From Octopus vulgaris (taxonomy: Eukaryota), in the NCBI GenBank assembly GCA_951406725.2, contig OX597822.1, positions 109,120,001-109,184,000 of the forward strand: a stretch of DNA of 64,000 bases, given 5' to 3'. Made by a program: the position numbers and the translations under genes. Every line of letters starts with the position of its first letter. The first letter of the stretch is position 1. Of the stretch, positions 25,028 through 39,634 are shown piece after piece. The notes below the pieces were generated by a model that saw only the letters and a list, made by a program, of their open reading frames with translations, was not told the origin of the DNA and made no database searches.

Positions 25028-26938
25028 CGTCAAATATTATTAAACCAGGCACGACAATGAAATATACATCGGCAAATGACCCATTATTTATCTGGTAAAA
25101 CTTAAATTTTTCCACAGGTATTCACTTACTTTTTAGTGGCACTAATATTGCAGAAAATTATAGGAAGTTCTATTGATAAAAGAGAATTGAATTGTCTCTA
25201 TGCTACTCAAACAACGTTTCCCTTATATCGAAATAAACGAGAATCAAAGTGATACTTTCCAGTAATTATGGATTTCAAAAATCAGCGAAATCATTATCTT
25301 CTTCAATAATATGTTCGTTACTTGCCACACGCCTGAAATATTCTTTAATCCTAGTAAATCATCGATTTTATTGATAACTAATCATTTGTTTTCTAGCTGC
25401 TTTGTTTCAAAAAGAAAACAGATATTTGTTGCTATGACATTTCAGAAATAAAAGTCAGTGCCAACAACACCATTAACATTAACATATTTCCAACTCAGCC
25501 ATTTACATTTTCAATTTCAATAAAATCTCAATGATTTACAGATGAACAATTTTTGCACGGACTCTTTCGTCAATATTTTAAAAAAGGCTGAAGTAATTGT
25601 TATGTATTTAATTTATTTTTAATAATACAATTACATAAAATGATTACCAAATACGGACCAGCTCCCACTTAAACACATAGACAAACACATGTGCGAGGAT
25701 ACACCCATATTTATAAATGTATGATCGTGAGAATGTGGGTTTAGAATTTGATTTGTCTGTGCGTGTGTGTGTACGTGTACAATGTATATGTGCGTGAAAG
25801 TTTGTTTTTTCCGTTCTTGATGATGGGCATTTTACATATGTTATATAACTGTCGCTGTTAATAACCCTGTCATTATACACTGCAATTTATCTCTCATAAT
25901 AGATTTCAGTGTATACCAATATACACACAAAAGTATATATATATTAATACAGACATACATACGCACAAACACGCATGCGCACGTGCACACACGCACACAT
26001 AAACTCACACACATAGACACAGACTCGCACACACACAAACAACCGCGTACGCACACACCCAAACATACACAAAAGCAATATAACAAATTTACGGTAGAAA
26101 ATATTGCTATTATTTATATTAACCAGTTAAGATAGCGTTAATAACAGGTGGTATAAGTAAATAGAATATTCTTCTAAAGATTTCCTCCGAATGTCATTTC
26201 CAAAGGAATTGCTCCAGAAATGCAATCCAAAAAGGGTGGAAGCTTAATTATATTTGCGAAGCGCAAATAAGATTTTGACGATGCTGTTAACCGATGCCAT
26301 GAGTACAAAAGTAACTCAATAAGAGAAGATAGACATTTCTTATGCTTATTCAGTATAAAATTAGAATTAATAAAAATAGAAATTAGACTGCAGAAAATAT
26401 TTTCCTTTGATTACTATAGAGATTACTGTGTTTTTAACTACAAAAAACTAATCCGATATACAATATAAATTCCTTCTTTATATGACCAAGATTATCTCGT
26501 CCAATTTGCTCTGGATAAAGGTGTGTTATTAAAACTATTTTCGAAAGCCACGATCCATAGATATTTTAGATAAAATTAGCAACATTTATACATAATCACA
26601 CTTGCTTACATGCAAACACACACAGAGACACACACATATAGGTACGCATATATGCACGCATGCGTATATTCGTGCATATATATGGGACTTGTACGCGTCT
26701 TGTATGTGTGGCATCGGTATTTCATGTACCTTTGCATAGCCGTAGCTCTCTATATGCATGTCTTTATATGTATGTATGTATGTGTGTATTTCCTCCCGTG
26801 TTCTATTGTTATATATGTATCCATCACCCACACCTCTTACAACAAACACAGCGACACACGCATACACAAAGTCATTCACAATCAGGTACACAGGTATACG
26901 CACATATGTGTATATTTGTGTGTGTGTATGTGTGGATT

Positions 26939-26992
<54 letters not shown>

Positions 26993-27025
26993 GACAGAGA
27001 GATTGAAAGAAATGTATATGCGTGA

Positions 27026-27065
<40 letters not shown>

Positions 27066-27973
27066 ACAGGAAAAAGGGAAGGAAGAGATTGGTGGAGAAA
27101 GAGGAAAGTATGGAATGTTAAAGAAAACGAAGAGAGAAGATGGAGGAGCGGAGGCGAGATAAGAAGGTCGTTAACATGTGTGCGTAGTAAAATTATGGTA
27201 TTTTTTATTTTTTATTTCCTTCTCATTTCTTCACTGTCACATTAAGGAAAGAAATGTTATAAGTGTTTGTATTTATATCGATTGCGATGGAAAGAGATAA
27301 AAATGACTCTGCAACAGGGCGACAGATCGATGATTCCTATTATGTATTTCAATCAATATTTCTCCCCAGCTAGATTTATTTTTCAATCAAACCTTATGAT
27401 ATCTCGCAACCCATATAATTTGACCAATCCACCACTGCCTACTTTTCAAGTACATTTTGTATCATTACTTCAGTTTTCCGTTTTCCAATTCCTCTATTCA
27501 ATTTCAATTTCTCTAAAGTGTGACGTTTCAAAGCACTATTACTGTAGGTTAGATAATCGATTAGGTCATTATCATATGTTGTTGGCCAGATAAAAAAATA
27601 ATTGCCGCGAAAACTAATGGTATTTTGCTATATTCATCGAATATATCTTATCTTAGAAATATTTACGTAATTATTAATTCTATAAAAGCATCAATCTTTT
27701 ATATCCGTTTTATATACCCTTTCTTATCATATCTTCTAATTAAACATTAACTATTTTATTTGTTACTAAATTCACTCATTAAATTGAGGTCGCGCTGGAA
27801 ACGATTTAATTTTGTGAATGGATCAAGCCAAGTATATTGTGAGCAATTTATAATACCAGCGAAGGTGTAGCAAAGCCCTCAATTTCTACAAAGTGGAAAG
27901 ACAATAGTAAATTCATTTGACGCGCTACTGTAACGTCATTTCAATACAAATTATACTATACATACACACACAG

Positions 27974-28005
<32 letters not shown>

Positions 28006-28304
28006 GTGCATATATATGTACATATATATTTATACATGTATGTGTGTGTGTGTGTAAATATGTTCAAACAGTGTAAAATAGAAAAAAAATTACGTTTTTA
28101 AACGAGGCGATGACTTATTAATAAGCTATTTTTCACTCAAAATCGTATGAGCCATGTCTACATGTCCACATTTTACCGCAATGACATATTACAATTCTCG
28201 ATTTCACATCATTTAAGACTTCCAGTTGATGTTAATTCCTTTATATATTGAAAACTGCTTTTCGGAATATCCTCCCAGTGTTAGAATGATTCCAAATATA
28301 TATT

Positions 28305-28465
28305 GGTTTCAGATTTCGGCATACCGTCAGATATTTCGGGGGAAGGGTTAAGTCGATTACGCCAACCCCGTTACTCAATCGGTAGTTATTTCATCGACCC
28401 TGAAATGGTGAATCCAGAATGTAAAGATGGAAGAAATACCAGGCGTGCCAACAATTATGCCAGCA
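28305..28465 (-). mobile_element. Degenerate SINE family C
   Basis: gtcgattac...ggtagttatttcatcgaccctgaaa...agaatgtaaagatgg. Confidence 0.6.
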
Positions 28466-28485
28466 CATACGTCACTTTTCTGTAT

Positions 28486-28873
28486 GGATGGAAGCACTCC
28501 GTCGGTTACGACGACGAGGGTTCCGGTTGATCCAAATCAACGGAACAGCCTGCTCGTGAAATTAACGTGTAAGTGGCTGAGCACTCCACAGACACGTGCA
28601 CCCTTAACGTAGTTCTCGGGGATATTCAGCGTGACACAGAGTGTGACAAGGCCGGTCCTTTGAAATACAGGTACCAGAGAAACAGGAAGTAAGAGTGAGA
28701 GAAAATTGTGGTGAAAGAGTACAGCAGGGATCACCACCATCCGCTGCCAGAGCCTCGTGGAGCTTTAGGTGTTTTCGCTCGATAAACACTCACAACGCCC
28801 GGTCTGGGAATCGAAACCGCGATCCTATGACCGCGAGTCCGCTGCCCTAACCACTAGGTCATTGCGCCTCCAA
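28486..28873 (-). mobile_element. Full-length SINE family B with 10-bp TSD (ttttctgtat)
   Basis: tRNA-like head with A box (agtggttagg) and B box (gtttcgattcc); TSD at 28476-28485 and 28874-28883. Confidence 0.92.
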
Positions 28874-29061
28874 TTTTCTGTATATTGCGTGTTTCTATAA
28901 TTTTGATCGCAGTCCCCTGTCCATACGTCTTACTATACAGAACGCTGCAGTAGCACGAGGACTCCTATTGATTCCGATTACGTTTGTATGTCGCACTGAA
29001 CTCTGCCTACCTTTTTTGATACACTTTCATGTGTGCATGATTGTATTTTTTTTTTTTTTAA

Positions 29062-29276
29062 TTGTTTCAGTCATTTGACTGCGGCCATGCTGGTGCACCG
29101 CCTTTAATCGAGCAAATCGACCACGGGACTTGTTCTTTGTAAGCCGAGTACTTATTCTATCGGTCTCTTGTGCCGAACCGCTAAGTGACGGGGACGTAAA
29201 CACACCACACCAACATCGGTTGTCAAGCAATGCTAGGGGGATAAATACAGACACATATAAACACACACGCACACAC

Positions 29277-29317
<41 letters not shown>

Positions 29318-29487
29318 TACGACAGGCTTCTTTCAGTTTCCGTCTACCAAATCCACTCACAAGGCATTGGTCGGCCCGGGGCTATAGCAGGAGACACTCG
29401 CCCAAGATGCTACGCAGTGGGACTGAACCCGGAACCGTGTGGTTGGTTAGGAAGCTACTTACCACACAGAGCCACTCCCTGCGCCTA
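29062..29487 (-). mobile_element. SINE family A, full length
   Basis: Matches the other family A copies. Confidence 0.92.
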
Positions 29488-29900
29488 TTTTTATGTTGCA
29501 TATTTTTATGTGTGTATGTTGTATTAGCATTCATATCATATGTTTTCATTACACAGCAAATTTCGATTCTTATATCACTTTTAATTGCTATGTCACGTTA
29601 ACCGTTCAGATTCACGCATGTTTTTATTACTCACTTGCTGCGATATACTCCCCCACACAGCTTCCTTGCGAAAACAACAAAACGTTTGCATATCCAACGT
29701 TTGATGGCACACAAATCCATTTTGGTTTATACTCTTTTATTATCTCGCAAGTTTAACTTAAATTAAAAGACAAAATGATCTGAAGCATTTCCTCCCGTGC
29801 TCCAACGTTATTCATGTATCCATCACCCACACCTCTTACAACACACAAAACAACACACGCATGCACATAGGTCTTCACAATCTGGTACACAGGTATACGC

Positions 29901-29950
<50 letters not shown>

Positions 29951-30045
29951 CATGTGTGTGTGTGTATCTGTGCGTGTGTATGTATATATATATATATATT
30001 CATATATATGTAAATATATATATACATATATATATGTGTGTGTGT

Positions 30046-30087
<42 letters not shown>

Positions 30088-30098
30088 ATATATATGTG

Positions 30099-30151
<53 letters not shown>

Positions 30152-30407
30152 ATGTATGTATGTATGTATGTATGTATGTATGTATGAATGTATGTATGTA
30201 TGAATATTTTTTTTTAATTCATGGCTCATATGGCGATGTCACCGAACTTCCTGCTTCTCTTACCCAAATTTTAAATCCTCACCGACAACACAATTGATAG
30301 CATCCGCAGAATAGTCGACGTCACCTTGCAATAGTAACATGATATTTGCACTTTACAACTCATCTCTCAATTCTAATACATATGGGATCACAATCGCTAT
30401 CGATATT

Positions 30408-30442
<35 letters not shown>

Positions 30443-30638
30443 TGTCATCTTCGACTTTGCAGTGTTTCTTTCTGTTCCCCGCAGTACCCAACATCGTCAT
30501 CATCGTAATATTCACGAGCATCATCATTATCATTATCAGAAGCAGCAGCAGCCGTGGCAACTGCACTACCAAACGCGTCGTCTCAGCAGCAGCTGTGACA
30601 AAATTTTAACATATAATATTAAATTTCAACACAGTAAT

Positions 30639-31080
30639 ACACACAGAGATATATGCCCACTCATAACACACACAGAGATATATGCCCACTCATAACACAC
30701 ACAGAGATATATGCCCACTCATAACACACACAGAGATATATGCCCACTCATAACACACACAGAGATATATGCCCACTCATAACACACACAGAGATATATG
30801 CCCACTCATAACACACACAGAGATATATGCCCACTCATAACACACACAGAGATATATGCCCACTCATAACACACACAGAGATATATGCCCACTCATAACA
30901 CACACAGAGATATATGCCCACTCATAACACACACAGAGATATATGCCCACTCATAACACACACAGAGATATATGCCCACTCATAACACACACAGAGATAT
31001 ATGCCCACTCATAACACACACAGAGATATATGCCCACTCATAACACACACAGAGATATATGCCCACTCATAACACACACA
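30639..31080. repeat. Perfect 29-bp minisatellite, 15 copies (gagatatatgcccactcataacacacaca)
   Basis: gagat starts at 30646, 30675, 30704 ... 31052; no unit differences seen. Confidence 0.97.
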
Positions 31081-32080
31081 CACACGCGCACACACACACA
31101 CATACACACACACACACATGCACACACATACACGCACACACACACACACAAAAGAAAAAAGCACCTACATACACATAAGCGTATACACATACATACGCTT
31201 AGTTTTATTATCTCTGTTTTTGCAAGATATAAATTTAATATTTATGCAAAAATATGATTCATGAAATATTAATGTTTCATCTTCACTTGCAGATGTGTTT
31301 TATATTGATTAAATAAAGTCAATATTAACATAAGTAAAACAAACACGAACTCGTGTCACCCCGCTATAGATCAACGACTAAAGAGCAGGGGGATAAAGAG
31401 TGAAAATACATATATATACAAATATTGAGGAATTGTTATTGACTCGGCTGATATCTTACCTATCTATTTACCCACCTCATCTGTATATATTAGCATATTA
31501 ATTAGATACAACCTCACTTACATAATCATATACAAATATTTGATGTACGTATATCTGTGCAGGTGTGTACACATACACACATATATATGTATATATACAC
31601 ATATATGTGTGTGCATGTGTATGTATTTGTGTGTGTATGTATAGGTGTGTAAGTGGGTGTGTATGTGTGTCTATATATATATATATATATTACATTTGCA
31701 AATACATAATACATTTTATTCCTAAAAATACATTGTTGGTGAGTGTTTAGAGAAACATGTATATGTGCCTCTCTTTAACACGCAAACGCATACCGGCACG
31801 CATACATATACAAGTATATCATTTGCATGAATTTTAATAAATATATTCTTTATACTCAAACCTACTTGTTATTGGTAGGAGATTTCGCTAGATATTCGAT
31901 ATATCTCGACTACGATATAATATCTTCATTGAAATAATGTATTTTGATTCAGAAGATAGGAGCTGAGTTGCTAATAATTGAGACAAACCTTTTTATCCTA
32001 AATTTAATATATTCAGTTATGTCTGTTTGTATGCATGTATATACATATATATATATGTGTGTGTGTGTGTGTGTAAGTAT

Positions 32081-32310
32081 GGCGGCGAGCTGGCAGAAAC
32101 GTTAGTACGCCGGGCGAAATCCGTAGCCGTATTTCGTCTGTCGTTGCGCTCTGAGCTCAAATTCCGCCGATGTTGACTTTGCCTTTCATCCTTTCGGGGT
32201 TGATAAATAAAGTACCAGTGTCACACTGGGCTCGATGTAATTGACTTAATCCCTTTGTCTGTCCTTGTTTGTCCCCTCTATGTTTAGCTCCTTGTGTGCA
32301 TTAAAGAAAT
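32081..32310 (+). mobile_element. SINE family C, full length (Meta/MESC-like central domain)
   Basis: ggcggcgagctggcagaaacgttag head and gcctttcatcctttcggggttgataaataaagtaccag core. Confidence 0.88.
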
Positions 32311-33687
32311 GTACATATGTAAGTATATATGCATGTACGTATGCTTGTATGCATGTATCTGTCTATCTATCTATTGTTTTAGCTAGCTATCGGCCGATGT
32401 GTACACACACAGGCGCGCACACACACACACACACATATATTTGTGCATACATATAAAATAATTCATACATCTAATGCAATTGTATGTGCGTGTGACTTCT
32501 TATACACGTATGTGTGGAATTTATTCGATCGAGTTGAGTTATTTAATTGCATTACTTTCAACTTAAGCATAAAATTGTATACGGCATCACAGAGAATCAC
32601 TTTTTAGATAGAACATAGACGTCTACATAATACGTAGTTAGGATGCTGTTACAGCCTGTAAATACTTTCGCTAAATCTAGAAATAATTGTTAATGCTAAA
32701 GTAGCGAGTAGTTTGGATTTACCAATCTGCAAAAGCGGAACATTTTAATGGTGAATTTAAGCATGTGAACTTCGGTACACTTATCTTTGCGACCTTATAC
32801 CCTTACAACAAATGCTAACGTTACATAATCTGTAATGAGTTGACTGAATTCTCGCACTGATAAAATACAAAAGTTTACGTAAGGAACAGTAATTCCTGCT
32901 AACTCTCATTCCTTTATACAGAATGTCTACAATTCATCACTATCAGTCGTAAGTCATCAGCTTTTGCAATAATTTAAGGGAAAATAATGGCATTTAGAAG
33001 AAAAATAAATCCTTGTATGTGTTATAAAAATAATCAGTTGTGTAATAAAATAGTCACAATGTATAAAGTTAAACATATTACTATGTGAAAGGTTTAAGTG
33101 AATACACTTTCCACATAGGTAAAGAAATGCAAGATACGGTTTTGTTTCAGCCAATTTAGTAGACAATTTAGTTGTGATTTTCCAACAACTAAACAAATCC
33201 ATGACTACGTTGTGTGTGACTTTTGACGTTAAGCTTGTGCCACATCTTGGAGACTACAGACGTAATTTTTAAACAGATCACTTGTATCTGAACACAATTG
33301 TGCAAAAGCTACTAGGTCAGTGCCTCCTTTTTTAATGTAATCACGAGTTATTTGTATATAAGTATGTCTAGTAATAGCTCTTCCTGTCAATGAAATTTAC
33401 TACTAACATCTTATAGAATCTAATATTTCTCTATATATTATTCTAAAATGTTCATCTTATCTCATATGATGTTGTTCATTTCGAACTCAAGAAACCATCT
33501 TTACACCGATGTGTATGAATATTTTCATTGATGGATTATTTGGGTAGAAATATGTCAGGGTTTCATTTAGTGTTTTTGTACAGAATTTAAAATCTTAATT
33601 GCGAGATATGACAATGATGAAACCAATAACAATATCAAGAAAATATTTACGCCTATCGTAATCAACACCTTCATCATCATCATTATC

Positions 33688-33719
<32 letters not shown>

Positions 33720-34369
33720 CATCATCACCACCAGCAACAACAACGACAACAGCACTATATGAACTCTCCTCCCTAATGGGCATTGCACTCTAGTAATCTC
33801 AATATTTGTTTCCAGGTCAAATTTGTTTATTTCCTAAAGATTTAATTTGCTAATGAATAAACCCCAGAGTTGTTTTGCAATAGAGGCTCGGTAAAAATTT
33901 AATCACTCAATGTCAATCTCTTTGAAGTTAGTGACCAAATAATTTACGTGTGTATTTCACGAGAAAACATATTTTAATTAAATAATAACATTGGAAGCCC
34001 CTCATTGCACCTCGAAATGTAATGTCATGCATTTTGTCGAACGTGGAATATTTCAAGTAAGAATTATCTAAACAGCAACATCATTCGATTTCCTGTTGAA
34101 GCTATTTTACTTATTATTAATGACTACAGGAAATCATGAATTGTACAATTTTATCCTGAGTGTTTTACATAAAAACATTTGTGTGAAATACATAGGATCT
34201 TTCATAATTCGAAACTTTTAGAGTTGGCCAACTATGACTATACCCGTCAATTCCTATCGATTTATATGCATAGTCTGTTAGAGTGACGAAGCTATCGTAT
34301 TGTTGAACTAACTGCATTGTTTTACTTCGTAAAGTTTAGCTTTGGCTCACCCTACTGTGTAGGAAAGTC

Positions 34370-34545
34370 ACTTTCTGGGAAGCAGGTTAGTCGATTACGT
34401 TGAATCAACTGATACTTATTTCCTCAGCTCCCAAGGATGACTGGCAACATTGTCCTCGATGTCATTTGTTCACAGACGTGAAGACGAACGAAATACCATT
34501 AATCTGTTCGCCCGATGGGCTAACGATTCTATCAGCTCTCCACGG
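34370..34545 (-). mobile_element. Degenerate SINE family C
   Basis: tagtcgattac...gatacttattt...aaggatga...gacgaacgaaatacc...gctaacgattct. Confidence 0.6.
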
Positions 34546-36332
34546 TAGGAAGTAAAAATGTTAACTATGTCAGAAGGTTGAAGAATTGTAGATTTCCGGT
34601 TAGTAAATTCTACGAAACGGTGATCATTCGTGGATACAGAAGAAGACTGTTACCCAAAGGTGTGAGGAATACAGCGAACATATATTGCTTAACCTGTGAT
34701 GTGAAATTCCATAGCGGTTTACTAATATTTTATTTCAATCAAAATTATTTGAGGTACTTACAAATCACTGAAGATCGTATTGACAGTTTTGCCAACTTCC
34801 ACTTCAAAGAAGATAATAGTGTGATAAAACATAAGAATTAAATTGAGACGTGAGATATTTAAAGATGTTAGATTATTTGCTGAGCTACACTTATATGCTA
34901 ATGTGAGGAAAACATGAAACTAATTATTAATTCCTTCAGTGGTTTGCGTACAACACTTTGTGCAACTCGAAAATGTGTCACTGAATATGGTATGTTAATA
35001 GTATGGCGTTAATAATGATGATGATGATGAGGATGATGGAGTTGGTGGTGATATTGGTGTTGATGGTGGGGAATGCGGCTTCCTTTGTAGTTTTACTGAT
35101 GTTGATAATAATGACTATGATAATGATGATTGCGGCGGCAAATGTGGTGCTGGGGTTTGAAACATTACTAAGTGAATAATGACGAAGGTGAGAAATGAAA
35201 TAAAACGGTAGCCGATATCGATAGCGGTATTGATAGTGCAATCAGTAGACGGACAGCATTATCTTTGGCAATGATCTTGCATTAGTGAAGATATCAATGT
35301 ATCAAGACGAATTGATCAGAGTCATGTTTATACCACTATAGAAATAGAGACGTAACTCATGGGAGAAAGAGAGAAAGAGAGAGAGAAAGAGAGGGGAGAG
35401 CAGAATATAAGGAAGCAGATTTTGTAATGTCTGATTTATGCAGAATCGTTACGTGCGATATATAAATGAATCGGTCAAAACTCAGTGAATTTTAATATCT
35501 ATAACAAAGACAATCTGATTACAAGACATGACTGCCCCAATGCTGAAAAAAATATAACTAAACTATTTGAGATTTATGTCAGTAATAATTCTCTTTTGGC
35601 ATTTAAGTAGAGGTTTTATATATATGTAAAAAAAAGGGTAGACGAAGTTATCTATTGAAAAGCACAGGCGACCGAATTCAAAATCAGCAGACGATTTGGG
35701 TATAAAGAGCAGACGATAAAGAGAATATGTTATGACTGTAACGCAACGGATAATTTGAGAGAATATGTGTGCATCTGTGCATGTGTGTTTGTGTGAGTGT
35801 GTTTATATTGTGTATATATTTTGTGCGTGTGTGTGTTTATGCATACGGAAGAATATAAACAAAAAAGATATTGGAATAACTGGGCAAATGTAGACTCATA
35901 AATATATGAATGTATAAATATATAAAATGAATATGGAATAATATATCAGATATGGTTCTGCAAACCCTATTAAAGATATTGACCTGATAACCATGAAAAA
36001 ATATTTTTTTCATAAATCTTCAGTATTTGATTTATATATTTTAGATCTCTTTTTATGTAGATTGCAAACTAAATGTGAAGTGATAACGAAAACATAGCCT
36101 TGTGAGTAATGGACTTATGGATAGCCGATCTAAGGAATACATCTAAATTCAACTCCATGTTGAATCTATAATGAAGTAAGGAGTAAAACTATGGTAATAG
36201 TGTGTAATTTGGCATTTCTGTTCTCGTCACAGACAACCAGAATCGCCAATTTCAGAAAAAAAGAGCATCTTTCCCTCCAACATAACTATATGTAGGACGA
36301 CGCTAATGCAGTAACAACAATCATATCAACAA

Positions 36333-37090
<758 letters not shown>

Positions 37091-39202
37091 GACAAAACTT
37101 TTACTATAGACACAAAACCTGAAATCTTGGGGTAAGTGTTGTCGATTTCGTCCACTCCTTAGCTTCAGTGGTGTTTAATTTATCGTCCCCCAAATTATAA
37201 AAACAAGGCTTAATTTGAACTCTGAACATAAAGAGAGTGGAAGTGCCACTAAGCGCCCAGTTCAGCGTGCAACCGATTCTTCCGGCTTGCCTCTTTAATA
37301 ACAATGATAATATTTTTGGGGCCTATCCTCTGATATAGAGACTTTACGAATATTAAGGTCTATAGTGAAAACTTTATCCGTGCGTGGAAGAAAGGGGAAA
37401 GGATCTGCATACGGTGCTGTTAATGGACCTTTAACAACATCGTTGCGCTCAAAAGCGTGAATCCAAGAATCAAAGCTTCCTTCAGGCCAGAACTAGAAAG
37501 GCAATTGTCAAGTAGGTAAGAGGTTTAAAACAGGAGCGATATGTTCAAAATTGGTAAAACTAAAAATTGTCGAGAATTAATTAAATTTAATATTTTTACT
37601 GAATGTGTTAGTGTTATTTAATTTGTGAACGGTTTTGCTGCCATTTGTTTATGTAGTTTGATTTCTTTATCGATGAGATTCTATTAAGATAGAGACGCCA
37701 AAAATTTTTTTGGGGGAAAACAGCAACGCTACCATAGCTTACGTGGAAACCATGAGCGTATATTCAAGGAAGATAATCAGAGAAAGACTTGAAGGTCAAC
37801 GTAAGATCGTAGTACTTCATGTAAAGTAATGTAAGTATGAATAATCCAGCATCCTTGTCCGATGCCAGATCGATCCCAAAATCGAATCAGTCCGTGTCAG
37901 TCACGAGGCCAAACAGCCGCAAAAATGCAACTGATATGATTCTTCTGAGTGCCCGCAAGATTATTTCATAAGAAAATCCCTGCAGCCACCTATAATGTAG
38001 TAGGGTGTGCTGTACATAATAGTATTGACAGTTTCTTTCAAACTTTTCTGTGATAATCCTGTTGATATTTATTTCAAGAAGCACCTTTCCCAAGGTCTTA
38101 TATTGGAATAAACAATACTTATTTTGATTGTTAACTTTGTTTTATTTCCTTCATTACAATCTTCGTGAAATAAATTCTTTTACTTAGGATCAGCAATTAT
38201 AGGTAGTTCATGTCGATCCCAGTATTTGAGATGTACTCATATCCTCTTCGAAATGATGAAAGTCAAATTTGTCGTCGGCGGTATTTGTACACTGAATACA
38301 AAGTACCTGAGCGCTTGCTGCGTAGCATATATTTACTATGATTTTATCGATCCTGTATGCATAAACGTGGATGAATTTTCTTGTAAATTGGATTAGGGTG
38401 GAATAACATTATGGAGGTTTTCATCATGTTGAGGTATGAATGAAACACCCACATATTCTTAATGGTTTATGATACAAATTTTATTTTTAAAAAACAATAA
38501 TTTATATTTTATCTCTATATCCTGAATTGGCTGGTATAAAAAAGAAAACTGTATTAAGAAAAATTATCATGCTTATCATTGTGCATTGGCTGTTGACGTT
38601 TGTTCATACTTGCATAAATCAAATACTTCGACTAAGCATTTGTTGATACTCACTTATGTAGCTTGACAGAAACCCTATTAGCGCCATGCAATAGATAGCA
38701 TATATTAACCCTAGTACTAATAACATAATATATGCAATATCGTATTAATAACCGACAGTAATAAGTTGATGAAATAGTAGTGGGGAATAAAATATATTAC
38801 TGTATTTAATTACGTGTATTTTTATTCTGAATTCAGAATGCAATTCTCATCGAACTAGACTTGGCCTTTGATATTTACACTGTCGATACAATAAGTACCT
38901 TTTGAGGACTGGATTCGATCTAATCGATTTTACTCATATCCAAAATATGTAAGTCCTCTCTAAGGTGGATATCAATTGACATAACAGGGGAAAATCAATA
39001 GAATCTTGTACAGAATCTAGTAGGTAAGAATTCGAATGCCAAAGAAAGACTATAGCATTTAAGATATCCCTAATTTTCAACTAGAGTTATATGAACACTT
39101 ATTTTATAAGGAAATGAGGTAAAATACTTCTACAACAATAACTTGTAAGAGTAAAATTGGTGAAATTGTAACTAAACCAAGAAAATCTAATTAATTAAAC
39201 GT

Positions 39203-39367
39203 ATAGGCGCAGGAGTGGCTGTGTGGTAAGTAACTTGCTTACCAACCACATGGTTCCGGGTTCAGTCCCACTGCGTGGCAACTTGGGCAAGTGTCTTCTA
39301 CTATAGTCTCGGGCTGACCAAAGCCTTGTGAGTGGATTTGGTAGACGGAAACTGAAAGAAGCCCGTC

Positions 39368-39404
<37 letters not shown>

Positions 39405-39634
39405 AATGCGTGTGTATGTGTTGGTATGTCTGTGTTTGTCCCCCCAACATCACTTGACAACGATGCCGGTGTGTTTATGCCCCCATAACTTAGCGGTTCG
39501 GCAAAAGAGACCGATAGAATAAGTACTAGGCTTACAAAGAATAAGTCCCGGGGTCGATTTGCTCGTCTAAAGGCGGTGCTCCAGCATGGCCGCAGTCAAA
39601 TGACTAAAACAATTTAAACAGTAAAAGAGTAAAA
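39203..39634 (+). mobile_element. SINE family A, full length
   Basis: ataggcgcaggagtggctgtgtggtaag head through gtaaaagagtaaaag tail. Confidence 0.93.

Noticed and set aside
28790-28873. tRNA-like sequence
   Set aside because: It is the head of a SINE with body, tail and TSD, not a standalone tRNA.
30639-31080. 29-bp repeat array as a CRISPR
   Set aside because: Head-to-tail units with no spacers, no cas genes, eukaryotic context.
37330-37515. Plus-strand segment ending in a gtaaga donor
   Set aside because: The longest frames contain stops and there is no good acceptor or partner exon.
37965-38060. Possible terminal exon GLSQKSLKETVNTIMYSTPYYIIGGCRDFLMK* (minus)
   Set aside because: Cannot be linked unambiguously to the 40-47 kb model; weak acceptor.
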